From NCBI RefSeq assembly GCF_009914755.1, contig NC_060926.1: 64,000 nt of DNA; one strand, given 5' to 3'. Below, piece by piece: positions 11,955 through 25,090 of the stretch. The DNA comes from the human T2T-CHM13v2.0 reference genome, Homo sapiens. Under the pieces are notes generated by a model, which saw only the letters and a program-made list of their open reading frames with translations, had not been told where the DNA came from and made no database searches. How positions within the stretch are numbered: position 1 is the stretch's first letter; each line of letters opens with the position of its first letter. Made by a program: the position numbers and the translations under genes.

Positions 11955-14212
11955 TTTTACAACTTTATTTTATTTTATTCTATTTATTTTTTAAATTATA
12001 CTTTAAGTTCTGGGATACATGTGCAGAACGTGCAGGTTTGTTACATAGGTATACACATGCCATGGCGGTTTGCTGCACTCATCAACCCATCACCTACACT
12101 GGGTATTTCTCCTAATACTATCCCTCACCTTGCCCCCCACACCCCGAAAAGCCCCAGTGTGTCATGTTTGCCTCCCTGTGTCCATGTGTTTTCATTGTTC
12201 AACTCCCACTTATAAGTGAGAACATTAGGTGTTCGGTTTTCTATTCCAGTGTTAGTTTTCTAGAATGACGGTTCCATCTTCATCCATGTCCCTGCAAAGG
12301 ACATGAACTCATTCTTTTTTATGGCTGCATAGTATTCCATGGTGTATATGTGACACATTTTCTTTATCCAGTCTATCATTAATGGGCATTAGGGTTGGTT
12401 CCAAGACTTTGCTATTGTAAATAGTGCTGCAGTAAACATATGTGTACATGTGTCTTTATAGTAGAATGATTTATAATCCTTTGGGTATATACCCAGTAAT
12501 GGGATTGCTGGGTCAAATGGTATGTCTGGTTCCAGATCCTTGAGGAATTGCCACACTGTCTTCCACAATGGTTGAACTAATTTACACTCCCACCAACAGT
12601 GTAAAAATGTTCCTGTTTCTTCACATCCTCTCCAGCGTCTGTTGTTTCCTGACATTTTAATGTTCACCATTCTAACTGGCGTGAGATGGTATCTCATTGT
12701 GGTTTTGATTTGCATTTCTCTAATGACCAGGGATGATGAGCTTTTTTTCATAAGTTTGTTGGCCGCATAAATGTCTTCTTTTGAGAAGTGTCTTCATAAC
12801 CTTTGCCCACTTTTCCATGGTGTTGTTTATTTTTTCTTGTAAATTTGTTTAATTTCTTTGCTGGATATTAGCCCTTTGTCAGATGGATAGATGGCAAAAT
12901 TTTTCTCCTATTCTGTAGGTTGCCTGTTCACTCAGATGATAGTTTGTTTTGCTGTGTGGAAGCTCTTTAGTTTAATTAGATCCCATTTGTCAATTTTGTC
13001 TTTTGTTGCCATCGCTTTTGGTGTTTCAGTTATGAAGTCTTTGCCCTTGCCTATGTCCTGAATGGTATTGCCTATGTTTTCTTCTAGGGTTTTTATAATT
13101 TTAGGTCTTACGTGTAGGTCTTTCAATAGATGCTGAAAAGGCCTTTGATAAAATTCAACATCCCTTCATGCCAAAAACTCTCAATAAAATAGGTATTGAT
13201 GGAACGTATCTCAAAATAATAAGAACTATTTATAACAAATCCACAGCCAATATTGTACTAAATGGGCAAAATCTGGAAGTATTCTCTTTGACAGCAGGCA
13301 CAAGACAAGGATGCCCTCTTTCACCACTCCTATTTAATATAGTATTGGACGTTCTGGCCAGGGCCATCAAGCAACAGAAAGAAAACGTATTTAAATAGGA
13401 AAAGAGAAAGTCAAATTGTCTTTGTTTGCAGATGACATGATTGTATATTTAGAAAACCCCATTGTCTCAGCCCAAAATCTCCTTAAGCTGTTAAGCAACT
13501 TCAGCAAAATCTCAGGATACAAAATCAATTTTCAAAAATCACAAGTGTTCCTATACACCAATAATAGGCAAACAGAGAGCCAAATCATGAGTGAACTCTC
13601 ATTCACAATTGCTACAAAGAGAATAAAACACCTAGGAATACAACTTACAAGGGATGTGAAGGACCTCTTCAAGGAGAACTACAAACCACTGCTCAAGGAA
13701 ATAAGACTTGAGGACACAAACAAATGGAAAAACATTCCATGCTCATAGATAGGAAGAATCAATATTGTGGACATGGCCATACTGCTCAAAGTAATTTATA
13801 GATTCAATGCTGTTCCTATCAAGCTACCATTATTTACTTTCTTCACAGAATTAGAAAAAACTACTTTAAATCTCATAGGGAATCAAAAAAGAGCCCATAT
13901 AGCCAAGACAATCCTAATCAAAATGAACAAAGCTGGAGGCATCACACTACCTGACTTCAAACTATACTACAAGGCTGCAGTAACCAAAGCATCACAGCAC
14001 TGGTACCAAAACCAATATATAAACCAATGGAACACATCAGAGGCCTCAGAAATAGTGCCACATACCTACATCCATCTGATCTTTGACAAATCTGACAAAA
14101 ACAAGCAACGGGGAAAGGCTTCCCTATTTAATAAATGGCGTTGGCAAAACTGGCTAGCCATATGCAAAAAAAATTGAAACTGAAACTAAGCCCCTTCCTT
14201 ACACCTTATACA
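11955..14212 (-). mobile_element. 5'-truncated, 5'-inverted LINE-1 (L1PA7-like): T-rich tail and 3' part 11955-13123 (-), inverted part 13123-14212 (+)
   Basis: Target-site duplication aagatctttattt at 11942-11954 and 14213-14225; endonuclease site TTTT/AA at 14227-14232; ORFs 12389-12751(-) and 13168-14177(+) are ORF2 pieces; about 19 nt of consensus lost at the inversion point. Confidence 0.95.
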
Positions 14213-16548
14213 AAGATCTTTATTTCTTTTAAGCTTCCTGCTAAATAATGCTAGGATGGTATCTCAGATCAGTAGACATTTATTTATATTTTCAAAGAAA
14301 ACCTAGGACCTTTCAAGGAGTAGAAAGCATGAATAAACTCATTACATGATACTTTCCTCTTACAAGGCCACTAAAGATAGATAAACAGAAGAGCAAACAT
14401 AAATTGTATTATTGTTCTAACCTGAAAGAGAAATCCAAAAAGGCAAAGAGTATTGCTATGAAATATTCATCGCCATTCTTGTTAACATTCCTCAGACACA
14501 AAATGCCACTTTCTCTCCTTACCACAGAAAAGCAGTGGTATAATATAAAATCAATTTAACTATTATTGAAATTAGTAAATTCTCCAAGGTTTTCTTTTTT
14601 ATCAGAAATTATATAAATACTGCTTTTGAATCATAACTACTACTCTTCTATCATTTTAGAGGTTCATAACTAGGTGGGATGTTAGGTTTGAGTGGAGAAG
14701 TGTCACAACTGGGTAAGGAAAAATGTATACAAATAATTGCTGCACTTTTAAGTCAGGATAGAGCATGTGATAAATGTGAAAAGCAAAGAAATGAAATTGC
14801 ATTAAGAGTCTCTTCTTGTATTGAAAGAAACACTTAGAAAATGCTTAACATTCATGTAAGACAAGCTGTGTGCCATTATTTGATCAATTAAAGCAGTTAT
14901 TTCTGATATTAACATATTTTATAGCTATAAATAGTTTTCCTTTTTTTTTTTGCTAACTCAAAGGAGAGCAGGGTATTTTTTAAAATGCGTGTCCCACAGT
15001 GTATCTCAAAAGTGCTTACTAGTTAGACAAAAATCACAATAATCCTTAGATCCTAGGCTATCAGAAAGGTTTGTAGTCACCAAGAGACTTGCAAAATATT
15101 TTTGGAATTATCTGTGTTTTGCAGATGCTCTTAAGCCACAGAGAAAATTATATATTGGGAAATTTATATCCCATAAAGGATTGTGTAGCTGAGAAACTGG
15201 ATTGCATGACTGACCAGGATTTAGGTAAAATCCAAGTACACCTCATCTGTGTGAGATCATCTGCCAGTCTCTGCATAGCAAGTGCATTTCACTCAACTTC
15301 CTGTCCATGTTGGCTGAGGTGTTTTATCTGAGAGACATATGTAGGTCCCGGGGGCCTGATCCTAGGGGTCCAGCTAGAGGGAAATAAAGACAAAATGAAT
15401 ATTTAAGTTTTGGGGGCATTCTTAAATTGGGTCTCAGGGAAGTTTGTGTTAAACTGCTTAGCAATTGTGATAGAATAAAGTATTTCTAAGAAAACTAATA
15501 TGCTTTTTTTCAGAGGTTTCTGAAGTTATAGATAACAATGTAGTAACTACCCCTATCAGAGTATACAAAAAGGAAAAGACAACAAATATTTTCCAAAACT
15601 CTAGTAGATCAATATTTTCATACCTCTGGTATTTAGTTAAAATTAGAAGATATAGAGTTTTCCACATAATTAAGAAAACGCTTTTTCATTAAAATAGGTA
15701 TATATGTACTAGAAGATTTAAAAACATGTAAAATAAACAACTAAACAAATCTTTGGTGTATTTAGGTTAAGATAAATCTTAAGAACACTTTATTTTAAAT
15801 AAATGAAATTCAAACACTAAGAATTACATTGATTTATTTGTTTGGTAAACAAAATCCACATCGTGGGGGAGGGAAATCAAAATAAAACAACACTATGCTG
15901 ACTGTAAAATGATGTTTAAGTACTTGACAGGTTAATATGTATAAACCATCACTTACTCTTTAATTTTCAGTATAGTCATTGTTTTATGACTTTATAAAAA
16001 TATATAAAATAATGTTTTATAAACCTTGAAACTAACTCAAGCATGGATAAAAATAAGCTACACAGCATATTCAAGGTGCCTTATCTTCAGGTATCAGAAG
16101 CTTGTGGGAGGACACAGCGGGGGGAAAGGTAAGAGATAAAACATATAGAAAATATGCAATGCCAATTGAGCCTGTAATCTTTGCCTAAAAACTCAAATCA
16201 GCAAGATAATTTACTAAAGAGAAAAGCTGATTTTCCTTATTAAGTGAAAATAGATGATTTTGATTTTGTACATATCTTCTTAAACAGTTTCCTCGCCCCA
16301 CCCCCATTAACTTCTTGGTTTGTTTGTCAGCACTATCTTATATCAAACATAATTATTTTTTATTTCAACGTATTTTTCCATTCTATTTTCAATTACATAT
16401 CAAATATAATTTATCCAACACCTTAACATGATTAGTTTATTTCCACTTTATTAGCAATACAAATTAAGCACAGCATTTTGTCAATATTTCTGCTACTACT
16501 AAATATATCATTATGCAATATTTCTAGTCCTTTGAGGAAGTTTGGTTC

Positions 16549-17365
16549 TGTATTATTTAAGGTCCCAGTAGGAAACAGCACACTCGAAATTGAATGATTA
16601 AATGAGAGTTTACTAACAAAGAGTCATTTCTAATGATGTAATCTCAGGAGAAACTGAAGAAAAAAATAATTATTTTCTGTCACCCCCAACCCCTGCCTGA
16701 TAGGACAGGGAAAGAAAAATTGCCAGAAACTGGAAAGAAAAAGACTTGTTTAGAGAAGGTCACCTTTGAGAGACCAAATCATTCTGCTGAGGACAAGGTC
16801 AACCAAGGTGACACCACAGAGAAGAAACAAAGGGGGTTAAATACCCTGACTTCACTCTTCATCTTCTCCAGACTGAACCTCTCTTAACTTTTTGGTAAGA
16901 ATTATCCAAAACTTAGAAATTAAGCAAGAGAAAGACTGAGAATCTCTTCAATTTCATATTGGGGTATTATTTAACAAGTCCTTCTAAGAATTATTTATTT
17001 TTTTAGGAGCATAGAGCAGTAATTGATCTTACTATTTGCTACTAATTATAGGCCCAGACTATGTGAATCTGGATGTTAAGTTGCAGATTTTTGTCTGGTG
17101 GAGATCAAGTTATTTTTGTCTGATAGCAAAGATAACCTCTAGTTGTATTTCCCTGTATGATGTTCTTACTGGTTTTCATTTTAATTATTGAGTTGACAAA
17201 TATCATTGGCACTTTTCTGTTATATTTCCATTTTTAACCGAATCTGATCAGAAACGAGGAAGCACAGCAGCCCTGTTAATGATCAGGTCAGTCTCAAGAG
17301 CAGAAAGTAGGGTGGAGAAGGATGGATCATACATCTGAAAGAGCAAATGGAAGATATTCTACCAA
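16549..17365 (-). mobile_element. ERVL-class LTR (LTR33-like), interrupted at about 16880-17250
   Basis: 'tgtattatttaaggtcccagtaggaaacagcacactc...gagagttta' and 'agggtggagaaggatggat...atctgaaagagcaaatggaagatatt' resemble the two ends of LTR33. Confidence 0.5.
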
Positions 17366-19374
17366 GTTACAATTTTTGATCTGATGTTATTTTTTCCTGA
17401 ATATGACTAATTGAGTCATGAATACATTTTAAAATTACTGTGAGTAGATATTTTTGTACAAAGAGATCATAGACACATACCACTAAAGCCCATGGGAGGA
17501 AGATAAAAATTATGACTTATTAGGAGAAAATATTACAAATAGTAAAATATCTATTAAATATAATATACATTATAATATAGTTATATATTGTATATAATAA
17601 ATATTATGATACAAAATATGTACCCTGCTTTCTGACTTGCCTCTCTGTTTCAGAGCAGAAACAGTAAATCCTAGAAAATAGGCCTCCTTCTATATCATTT
17701 TTCCTGAATTCTTGATGCCTATTATGTTAATGGTGAATAAGTTATATTACAACTTCTTTCTCTAAGATCCAAGTGAACCATAGTTTTTATTCCGATGCAT
17801 CACTTATGTGGATTAAAGCTTTAGGTTTGTTCATCTTGAATGGTTTATTCAAGTCATTTGTAGGGTGTTTGATATATATGAATGTGATTCCTTTTTATAG
17901 GCCATTTATTATTTATAACATTTGCAACATACTATATAGCGCACTTGTAGTGTGGAAGAAGTTGCTCTCTGAACTGTTCAGAGAGACTTAGAAAAATACA
18001 CGGTAATGTAACTAAAGAAGGACCTCCATTTTTCTAGATAGTGTAGATTCTTTCCTCATAAGAAATATGTAAAAGACAAATCCACTTGGGTTTATATTTC
18101 ACACAATTGCTTTAGTTTAAAAAAGGTTATTTTAAATACTATTTTAATAATTTATACTACTTGCTAATGTGGGTAACTTGTTGAATCTGTTATGCTTTAT
18201 ATACCCATAGCACAATTCAGCTAGTAAAATAAGCCTACTTTTTGCTTTTGATGGATACAAGTGTCTTGAACCTCAGAATAGCATTCACCATAAAATGCTG
18301 TTATAACCTTTGTGCATAGAGAGACATTTACTCATTCTGAATAAATGATTAAATATAATAATATGCATAATATATTTGAATAAGATAAACCTGATAGTAC
18401 TAGATATTTCTAAATTGTTTTGAGACATAGGTTTTAGTTTTAGTTTTGTACTTTTTTTCCAGACCAAACTAATTTATTCAAAATTACTTCAAAAAATTTT
18501 AGTAATGTTTATTTTGTGCAATATAAATGCACATGTGAATATAATATACATGTGCATATATATTCTATACTATACACATACAATATAAATGTAAATGTGA
18601 ATGTTGACCTAAATATAAAATCAACCATTGTCTGTGGTGCTCTAGTATCTCTTTTAGTCAAGGAGAGTTAAAAATCAATATGTGGTCCTTAGGCTTACAT
18701 AGCAGAATAGACTATTAATCTTTTCCAGTGCACATACTCTATAATCCAGTATATTTTTAATGCAATTTACTTTTAATTTACTTTATGCATTTGTCTGAAG
18801 TGCTTTGCATAAATTATGTATGATAATCAATACCTTGGGAATAGTACTGAAAAAATAAAGAAGCAGAAACTCTAATAGCATATTTCACATGCAAGCACTT
18901 TATTTCTAATATCCTTCTATAATATCATGTGGACTATTTAATAATGGAGTCTAGGTATATGCTCATCTACATTTTGCATAGTAAGATTTATCCTCACTGC
19001 AAACTTTTTATAAAATTCTAAAAGTACTTACATTTTACAAGGTGCCTTATGTCAAAAAATCTGTCCCCTGCATATACCTAAGTTTACAAAATCTACCTGT
19101 CTTCATATTCTCAATCCCCTTCACCAAGATTCCATGACAGAAATTGTAGGTATCAAAGTGCCTGTCTCAATTTATTAGAAAACAGTTGGAACTATGGGCT
19201 CATAAATGTGGGACCATAAATATTTGGAAAGTTAGAATGAGGGAAGAACCAATGAGTGGTCATTAGAGTTGAGTAGTTAAGTGTTTTAAGTGGTTAATAA
19301 TAGCACACATTAATTATTGAAGGACACTGTAGATCAGTTTCATAGGTGACATATACTGAGAAGAATATTTCCAA

Positions 19375-19960
19375 CAGGTAATAGTGACATAGGGATAATA
19401 TATAGCCTATACAAGAAACTCTTACAAAAATGCAAAAAAGAGGATAAGTATTAGGCAAAAGATATAAACACGTAGTTTACAGGAAAAGGGACACAGAACA
19501 CTAACAAGAAAATAAATGGATATTTATAGTGATACTACGTTTTTCAGAAGTGCTAAATAAAACATTGATATTACTTTACTCATTTTAAATTTAAAAGCCG
19601 GATTATGACTAATTTAAAGCTCTGCAATAAAAGAGGAAAGACTTTTAAACTTCATATTTCCTTGTGCCTTTGTATTGGGTACAATCATCTCTATGTCAAT
19701 TGGGAACATCTTAGGAAAATTAAAGATAGGCATACCCTGGGATACAGTAATCTCATACCCAGGTAGAATGAAATATTAAGAAAATCTTATTTGGATTTTG
19801 AAAATTATATATACATCAGTATTAATTGGAGTGCTATTAAAGGCGGCTACGCTTTGAAGACAATCTTGCTAAACTGGGACAGTTGATAGTAAAACACAGT
19901 GAATATAAACATGAAATGTTTTGCTGTGTTTAGAAGTAACAAGTTGGACATATACATAGC
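19375..19960 (+). mobile_element. Ancient L1M (L1ME-like) ORF2 3' fragment
   Basis: 'caagaaactcttacaaa...ggcaaaagatataaacacgtagtttacag' L1 3' ORF2 signature; very diverged. Confidence 0.5.
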
Positions 19961-20014
19961 AATATGAAAGGATATTTAAATATCATATTTATGACAGCAT
20001 TAAATGCTTCAAAA

Positions 20015-21740
20015 CATAGGAATCTAACAAAATATGTACAGGATCACCATACAGGAAACAAATAAGCAGAAATCATTGAGAGGAATTAAATATTGAGATG
20101 ACTTAGACTGATTCAGTTATATACCATAACCATGGGTTGGAAACTCAATAGTAGAAATATTAAATTGACCTATATACTAATACAATCTCATACAAAGTCA
20201 ATAAATTTTAATTTATTGTTCTTTTTTGTGAAAATATATAAGCTGATTCTAAAAATTGTATGTAAAAGAATAGGGCCAATAGTAAGTAAAATAATGTGAA
20301 ATTAGAATAATTTTGAATACATACTCTTATTAGATGTTAAGACAATAAAATATTATAATAATTAAAACAATGTGGTATTATTGAAAGGCTTAATATACAG
20401 ACTAACAGAAAAAAATAGAGTCCAGAAATCAACTTACACATATATGTTTTCCTCACTATGACAATTTGGCACTACAGTGCTGTGGAGACAAAAAACATCT
20501 TTTCAACACACTTTGCTAGATCAGTTGAATCCATAAGTCAGAGTAACAAATTTAACCCTCTGCCTCATAGCCTTATACTATATGCAAACAATAAATCCTA
20601 GATGTGAAGGGAATAATAATATATGCAGACACACGCACATAAAGATGAACACACATTTTTCCCAGAAGAATATGTACAAATCTGTCTTCTGAATTTCTGT
20701 AAGACTTCTTAAATAGGACAGAAAATTCACTAACCATAAAGAAACAAACTCATATATTATACGGTACTAAAATTAAGAACATCTGTTACTTAAAAGAGAC
20801 ATTAAACATGGGAAAATTCAAATCATAAAGGTAGGAGAAGACATTTGGCATACACATATTTAACAAAATATTCATATCCAGAAAAGAGTTATTAAGACAA
20901 AGACAGCACTTATTAATGAGCCAGAGACTTGGACATGCACTTAAATGTGCATGTAGATACCCAATAGTTACATTAAAGGATTCCCGACTTCATTGATCAT
21001 TTGGGAAATAAATATTATAAACAAAAAAATTATAAAAACAATACCAAATGTTGTCAAAAATCTGGAAAAAGTGGAACACTTACATATCTTCTGTTAAGAA
21101 CAAAAAAGTAGCACAATTTTGGAATATTCTTTTAAAGTACCTATAAAGCTTAACATTTGCCTATCCTATGAACTAGCAATTCAACTCTCATATATAACAG
21201 AAATTCATTTATATGTTCACCAAAGGAGGAATGTTCATGCTGCCATGAAACATAAATCACCCAAAGGTCTATAAACATTAGAATGGGTAAACATATTTTG
21301 GAGTAGTCATAAAATTATATATGTAATTTTATATGTTGATGTATGTATAATTATATATAATATTATACATGTAAATATTCATAACAATGAAAATGAACAA
21401 GCAATTACTGCATTCAACAAAATAAATGACTACCACAAACATAATTTTTAGCAAATGAAATCAGACACAAATGAGTCTAAACTGCAAAAATCCCAAAAAT
21501 AAAAATAAATTGTATATGCAATTTTGTATATGCAATTAGTTGTTATGATAATGGTTACCTTTCAGAGGGTCAAATAACTGGGAAGCTATATGAGGCTGGC
21601 TTCCAGAGTGTTGAAATGTCCTCTTTCTTCATCTTCATGCTGTTTACAGCATTATGTGTGTTTTGAGAAAATTCATTAAGTTGTCCATTTATGTTACATA
21701 TACTTTTCTAAAAGTATACTGCAACTTAATTTAAAAAGAA
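20015..21740 (+). mobile_element. Ancient L1ME ORF2 3' half and 3'UTR
   Basis: 'attaaaacaatgtggtatt','aatagagtccagaaat','aaaattaagaacatctg','cctatgaactagcaattcaactc' and an L1ME-type 3' end 'gaaaattcattaagttgtccatttatg'. Confidence 0.75.
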
Positions 21741-21764
21741 ATGTTTATTTAAAGGCAGTGCTTT

Positions 21765-22045
21765 AGAAAATTGGAACATGTGCATTGCTGGGGTAATGTA
21801 AAATGATGCAGCTACTGTGGAAAATGGTACAGCAATTCCTCAAAAAATTAAGCATAGAGTTACCATGTGATCCAGAAATTCCGCTACTGGGTGTATACCT
21901 TAAAAAAGTGAAAGCAGGGATTTGAACAGATATTTGTACTCCCGTGTTCATAGCAGCGTTATTCACAGCAGGCAAAAGCCGGAAGCAATTAATGGATAAA
22001 CAAAATGTGGCATATACGACACACAGTGAAATATTATTCACCACT
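21765..22045 (+). mobile_element. L1MB fragment (ORF2 end / 3'UTR start)
   Basis: 'gtaaaatgatgcagctactgtggaaaa...ttaccatgtgatccag...gaaagcagggatttgaacagatatttgtac'. Confidence 0.85.
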
Positions 22046-24099
22046 GTTACCGAGCTTCTAAATTTCCCTTGCCTTAGAGGTCCTCAGAAACACTGAAAAG
22101 GACCAGGGGAATATTGTTTAAAGAGCTGATTTGAAATAGTTGAGTAATTTGGTGATTTATTATTAAAGACATAATAGTGTGTATTTTCGTGCTGATAACT
22201 TTAGTTTGGATATTCTCTAAGCAATATGTATAGAAAAGCCTAATTTGGATAAAAAATAGTGAATAGCAAAATAAAATTCTTGGAGCTTTATTTATTTATT
22301 CAGTTCGTTAGTTTTTCAGCTAGTATTTATTGAACTTTGACTATAAAAACTATGTTAAAACTATCTCTTTTAAATAGCACTTTTTATTTTTAAATTTAAA
22401 TCATATTAAATCTGAAAATATATGCTTAGCATATACTATACAATGAGAAGTTTGTTGTACTTGCTGATTTATAAAAACCATTGGAAGACAGCTTTTATAG
22501 CAAAGGAGTTTATTACATTTTGAGATTATAGATTAGTGGAAAAATGAGAGAGATCACCTATATGGGAAAGATTTGACAAATATAAATTTGCTCTATCAGT
22601 TTGTAGAGTTTTTTTTCTTTTTTATTTTTTTTTGGGTGGGAAGAGAGGTAAACACATAAAAATCAATTTGGTGGCATCACTGTATTTTTTTGGAGATGCC
22701 ACGTGGTATGACACTTCTTTCTTTTATGATTCTTTTATAAATATCAGAATTTTACCTTTAATAAACAGTAACAAAGCTTACATTGAGAAAGTGCATTTCT
22801 TAGATATAAAACACATTGTGAAGTTAACATTTGACAATTAACTGGTACGTGTTGGACAGGTGCTTATCAGTTACAGCAATTTAGGTTAGAAGAAGAACAA
22901 TAAAGCAAAAGAAAGAAGAGAAGCAAAAAATCTGCTTATGTGGGAAGAGTTATGTGGGATAACTACGGAAATGTAATAACTATGTAAAGGGAGTCAGGTT
23001 GAACTTCAATGCTGCGTCATTTCAAAAATAAAATTTTAGGAATCTTGTTATTCATTTCTTTTATTCCATTGAAGTAAATAAATTTTCATGTAAAGTTATA
23101 ACTCCATTTTATTTGGAAATGTTATCATTTTATATGAAATAATGATATAGCTTATATATATAGTTTTTTATATATTTGTCTGTTATTTTATATACATATA
23201 TGTATATGTCTGGGTATAAAACGATTGGTAAAGTGAAAAAAATAATAGTTTGATTCTTTCCCTTTAAGTGGTGGTAGAAGCCCAAATATGTTTCTAACTA
23301 ATCAACAGTAAAATTAGTTTCCACCCAGAAGGTATTAAGCAAAGATGCAGCAAGCTGTTTGCCTGAGATTAAAACTTTGGTGAGCCAAATCCAGTAAACG
23401 TGAATATAAGAACACAGTTTTCCTTGCTAGCCTTTAAAACTGTCATCTGGTTTTTTGCCATGGCTTTAAAGAGACTTGCTCAGTTGCTTCTAGTCCAGAT
23501 GTTCCCAGTAATAGCAATTCCCCATTGTGTTTTCTTTGATTCTCTCCTTAATTACTCGTGGGGGTGGGATTTATAAAGTACATACAGTACACTGTAGTTC
23601 AGAATTAGACTTAATCATCATTATTATTTTATGCACTTTAAGGACCAGTTTCAAACTGTACCAAATCCTCACTCACTGGCTGATGCAGTAAATTGGTCTC
23701 TAATATAAAGTGGGAACTTGGAAGTAGAAATGGGCATTACTTGCTTTAAGATTTTTTTCTTTTTTGCATTTTCTCCAAGTGCACATGTCAGGGGGTTGAC
23801 TGTGTCTTCTGATTTGGGGTTTGCCAATTGTTTAAAAATCATTCTTTAGTTCTCTTTCCCCTCTCCTTAAGTGCTCCTGTGATAAAAGATCACATGGCAA
23901 ATAGCAGTTACTCTAAAAATCACTTTAAGCATGATATAAAATGAAGTATATTACATTAGAGCTGATTGCCTCACTTTTAATTTTTTTTTTTTTTTTTTTA
24001 CATTTTAAAATCTAATTTTACATGTTTTTCTACTTTTCCTGTATGGTTTCTGACCATTCTTTCTACTCTACTTCTTTCTGTGTTTCTCAAGATTTTCTT

Positions 24100-25090
24100 C
24101 CTAGCAAATTTTTGCATTAAAATAAATCCTAGGAAACATTCAATTACTCTCCCAATGTTGCTGATGAATTCCAAACTTAACGTCTTCTGTTCTCATGCGG
24201 TACTTACTTTTTATTCAGTTACATGTTTTGTCCTCAGCCTAAGATGATCATGTCCAAAAGTGAAATTAATGTATTTCCTGCCCATATTGGTTTTATTCTA
24301 AAATTATCCCCACTTAAGTCATTGGTGCATACTTTATTATTCAAAGTTAGAGATCCTCACATCTTTTCTGCCTTTCCTTGCTTTCATTTTTTTCCCCTAA
24401 ATATTTCTGGAGGAAAGTAAAATGTTTTTTCCTTTCAGCACCTTTTGGGGCTGTGCCCCTGTCTTTCCTCTCTCTTCACCATCCTGATTCTCATTTTCAT
24501 AACCCCATCCTATGATTCTTCTTCAAGCCCCCTAGAAAAAGTTCCTAGGCCAACTTATTTGAAAGCACTAGTGAATTTTTTTTTCTAAATATGCCTTTAC
24601 CCTATCACTTCCCTTCTGAAGATATAAAAACTCTGTTGTCTGGCATTTAAGACTCTATAAATGTGTTCCTTGGTATTTATTCACCTTTATCCTATACTAT
24701 ATGGGAGCTGCCTTATTTGGAGAGATTACTCAGCAACTCATCTCTTTTGCTCAGTATATACATTATCATGTCTTACAAGATATTTGCATTTTTTTATTTT
24801 TAAGCCTTTAGATGTTTTCTTTCCCTGATTGAAACATTATTCATTCTCTAAATCCCAGATTAAACTCTGCCTTCTTCATGTAATTCTCTTTGAGCTACTG
24901 TTCTTTACTTTTTGCAACCTGCATTGCAGTTACAATCAGTATCAATTTGTGTTACTTCATTATTTCCTTCCTCATTTCACAGTATTTTATCAGATTGATG
25001 GCTACATCAAAATAGAGAGCACATAATTTCTTCTTTTGTTCCCCTACAGAGTATATCATGTGCTATGTATAAGGACTCTTAAAGTAGTCT
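24100..25090 (+). mobile_element. L2 LINE remnants
   Basis: 'catgtccaaaagtgaaatt', 'taaatcccagattaaactctgccttcttcatg' and pyrimidine-rich L2-like composition; weak. Confidence 0.4.

Noticed and set aside
21510-21537. 14-bp tandem duplication ttgtatatgcaatt (similar micro-duplications at 2761 and 54711)
   Set aside because: Ordinary replication-slippage duplications with no further structure.
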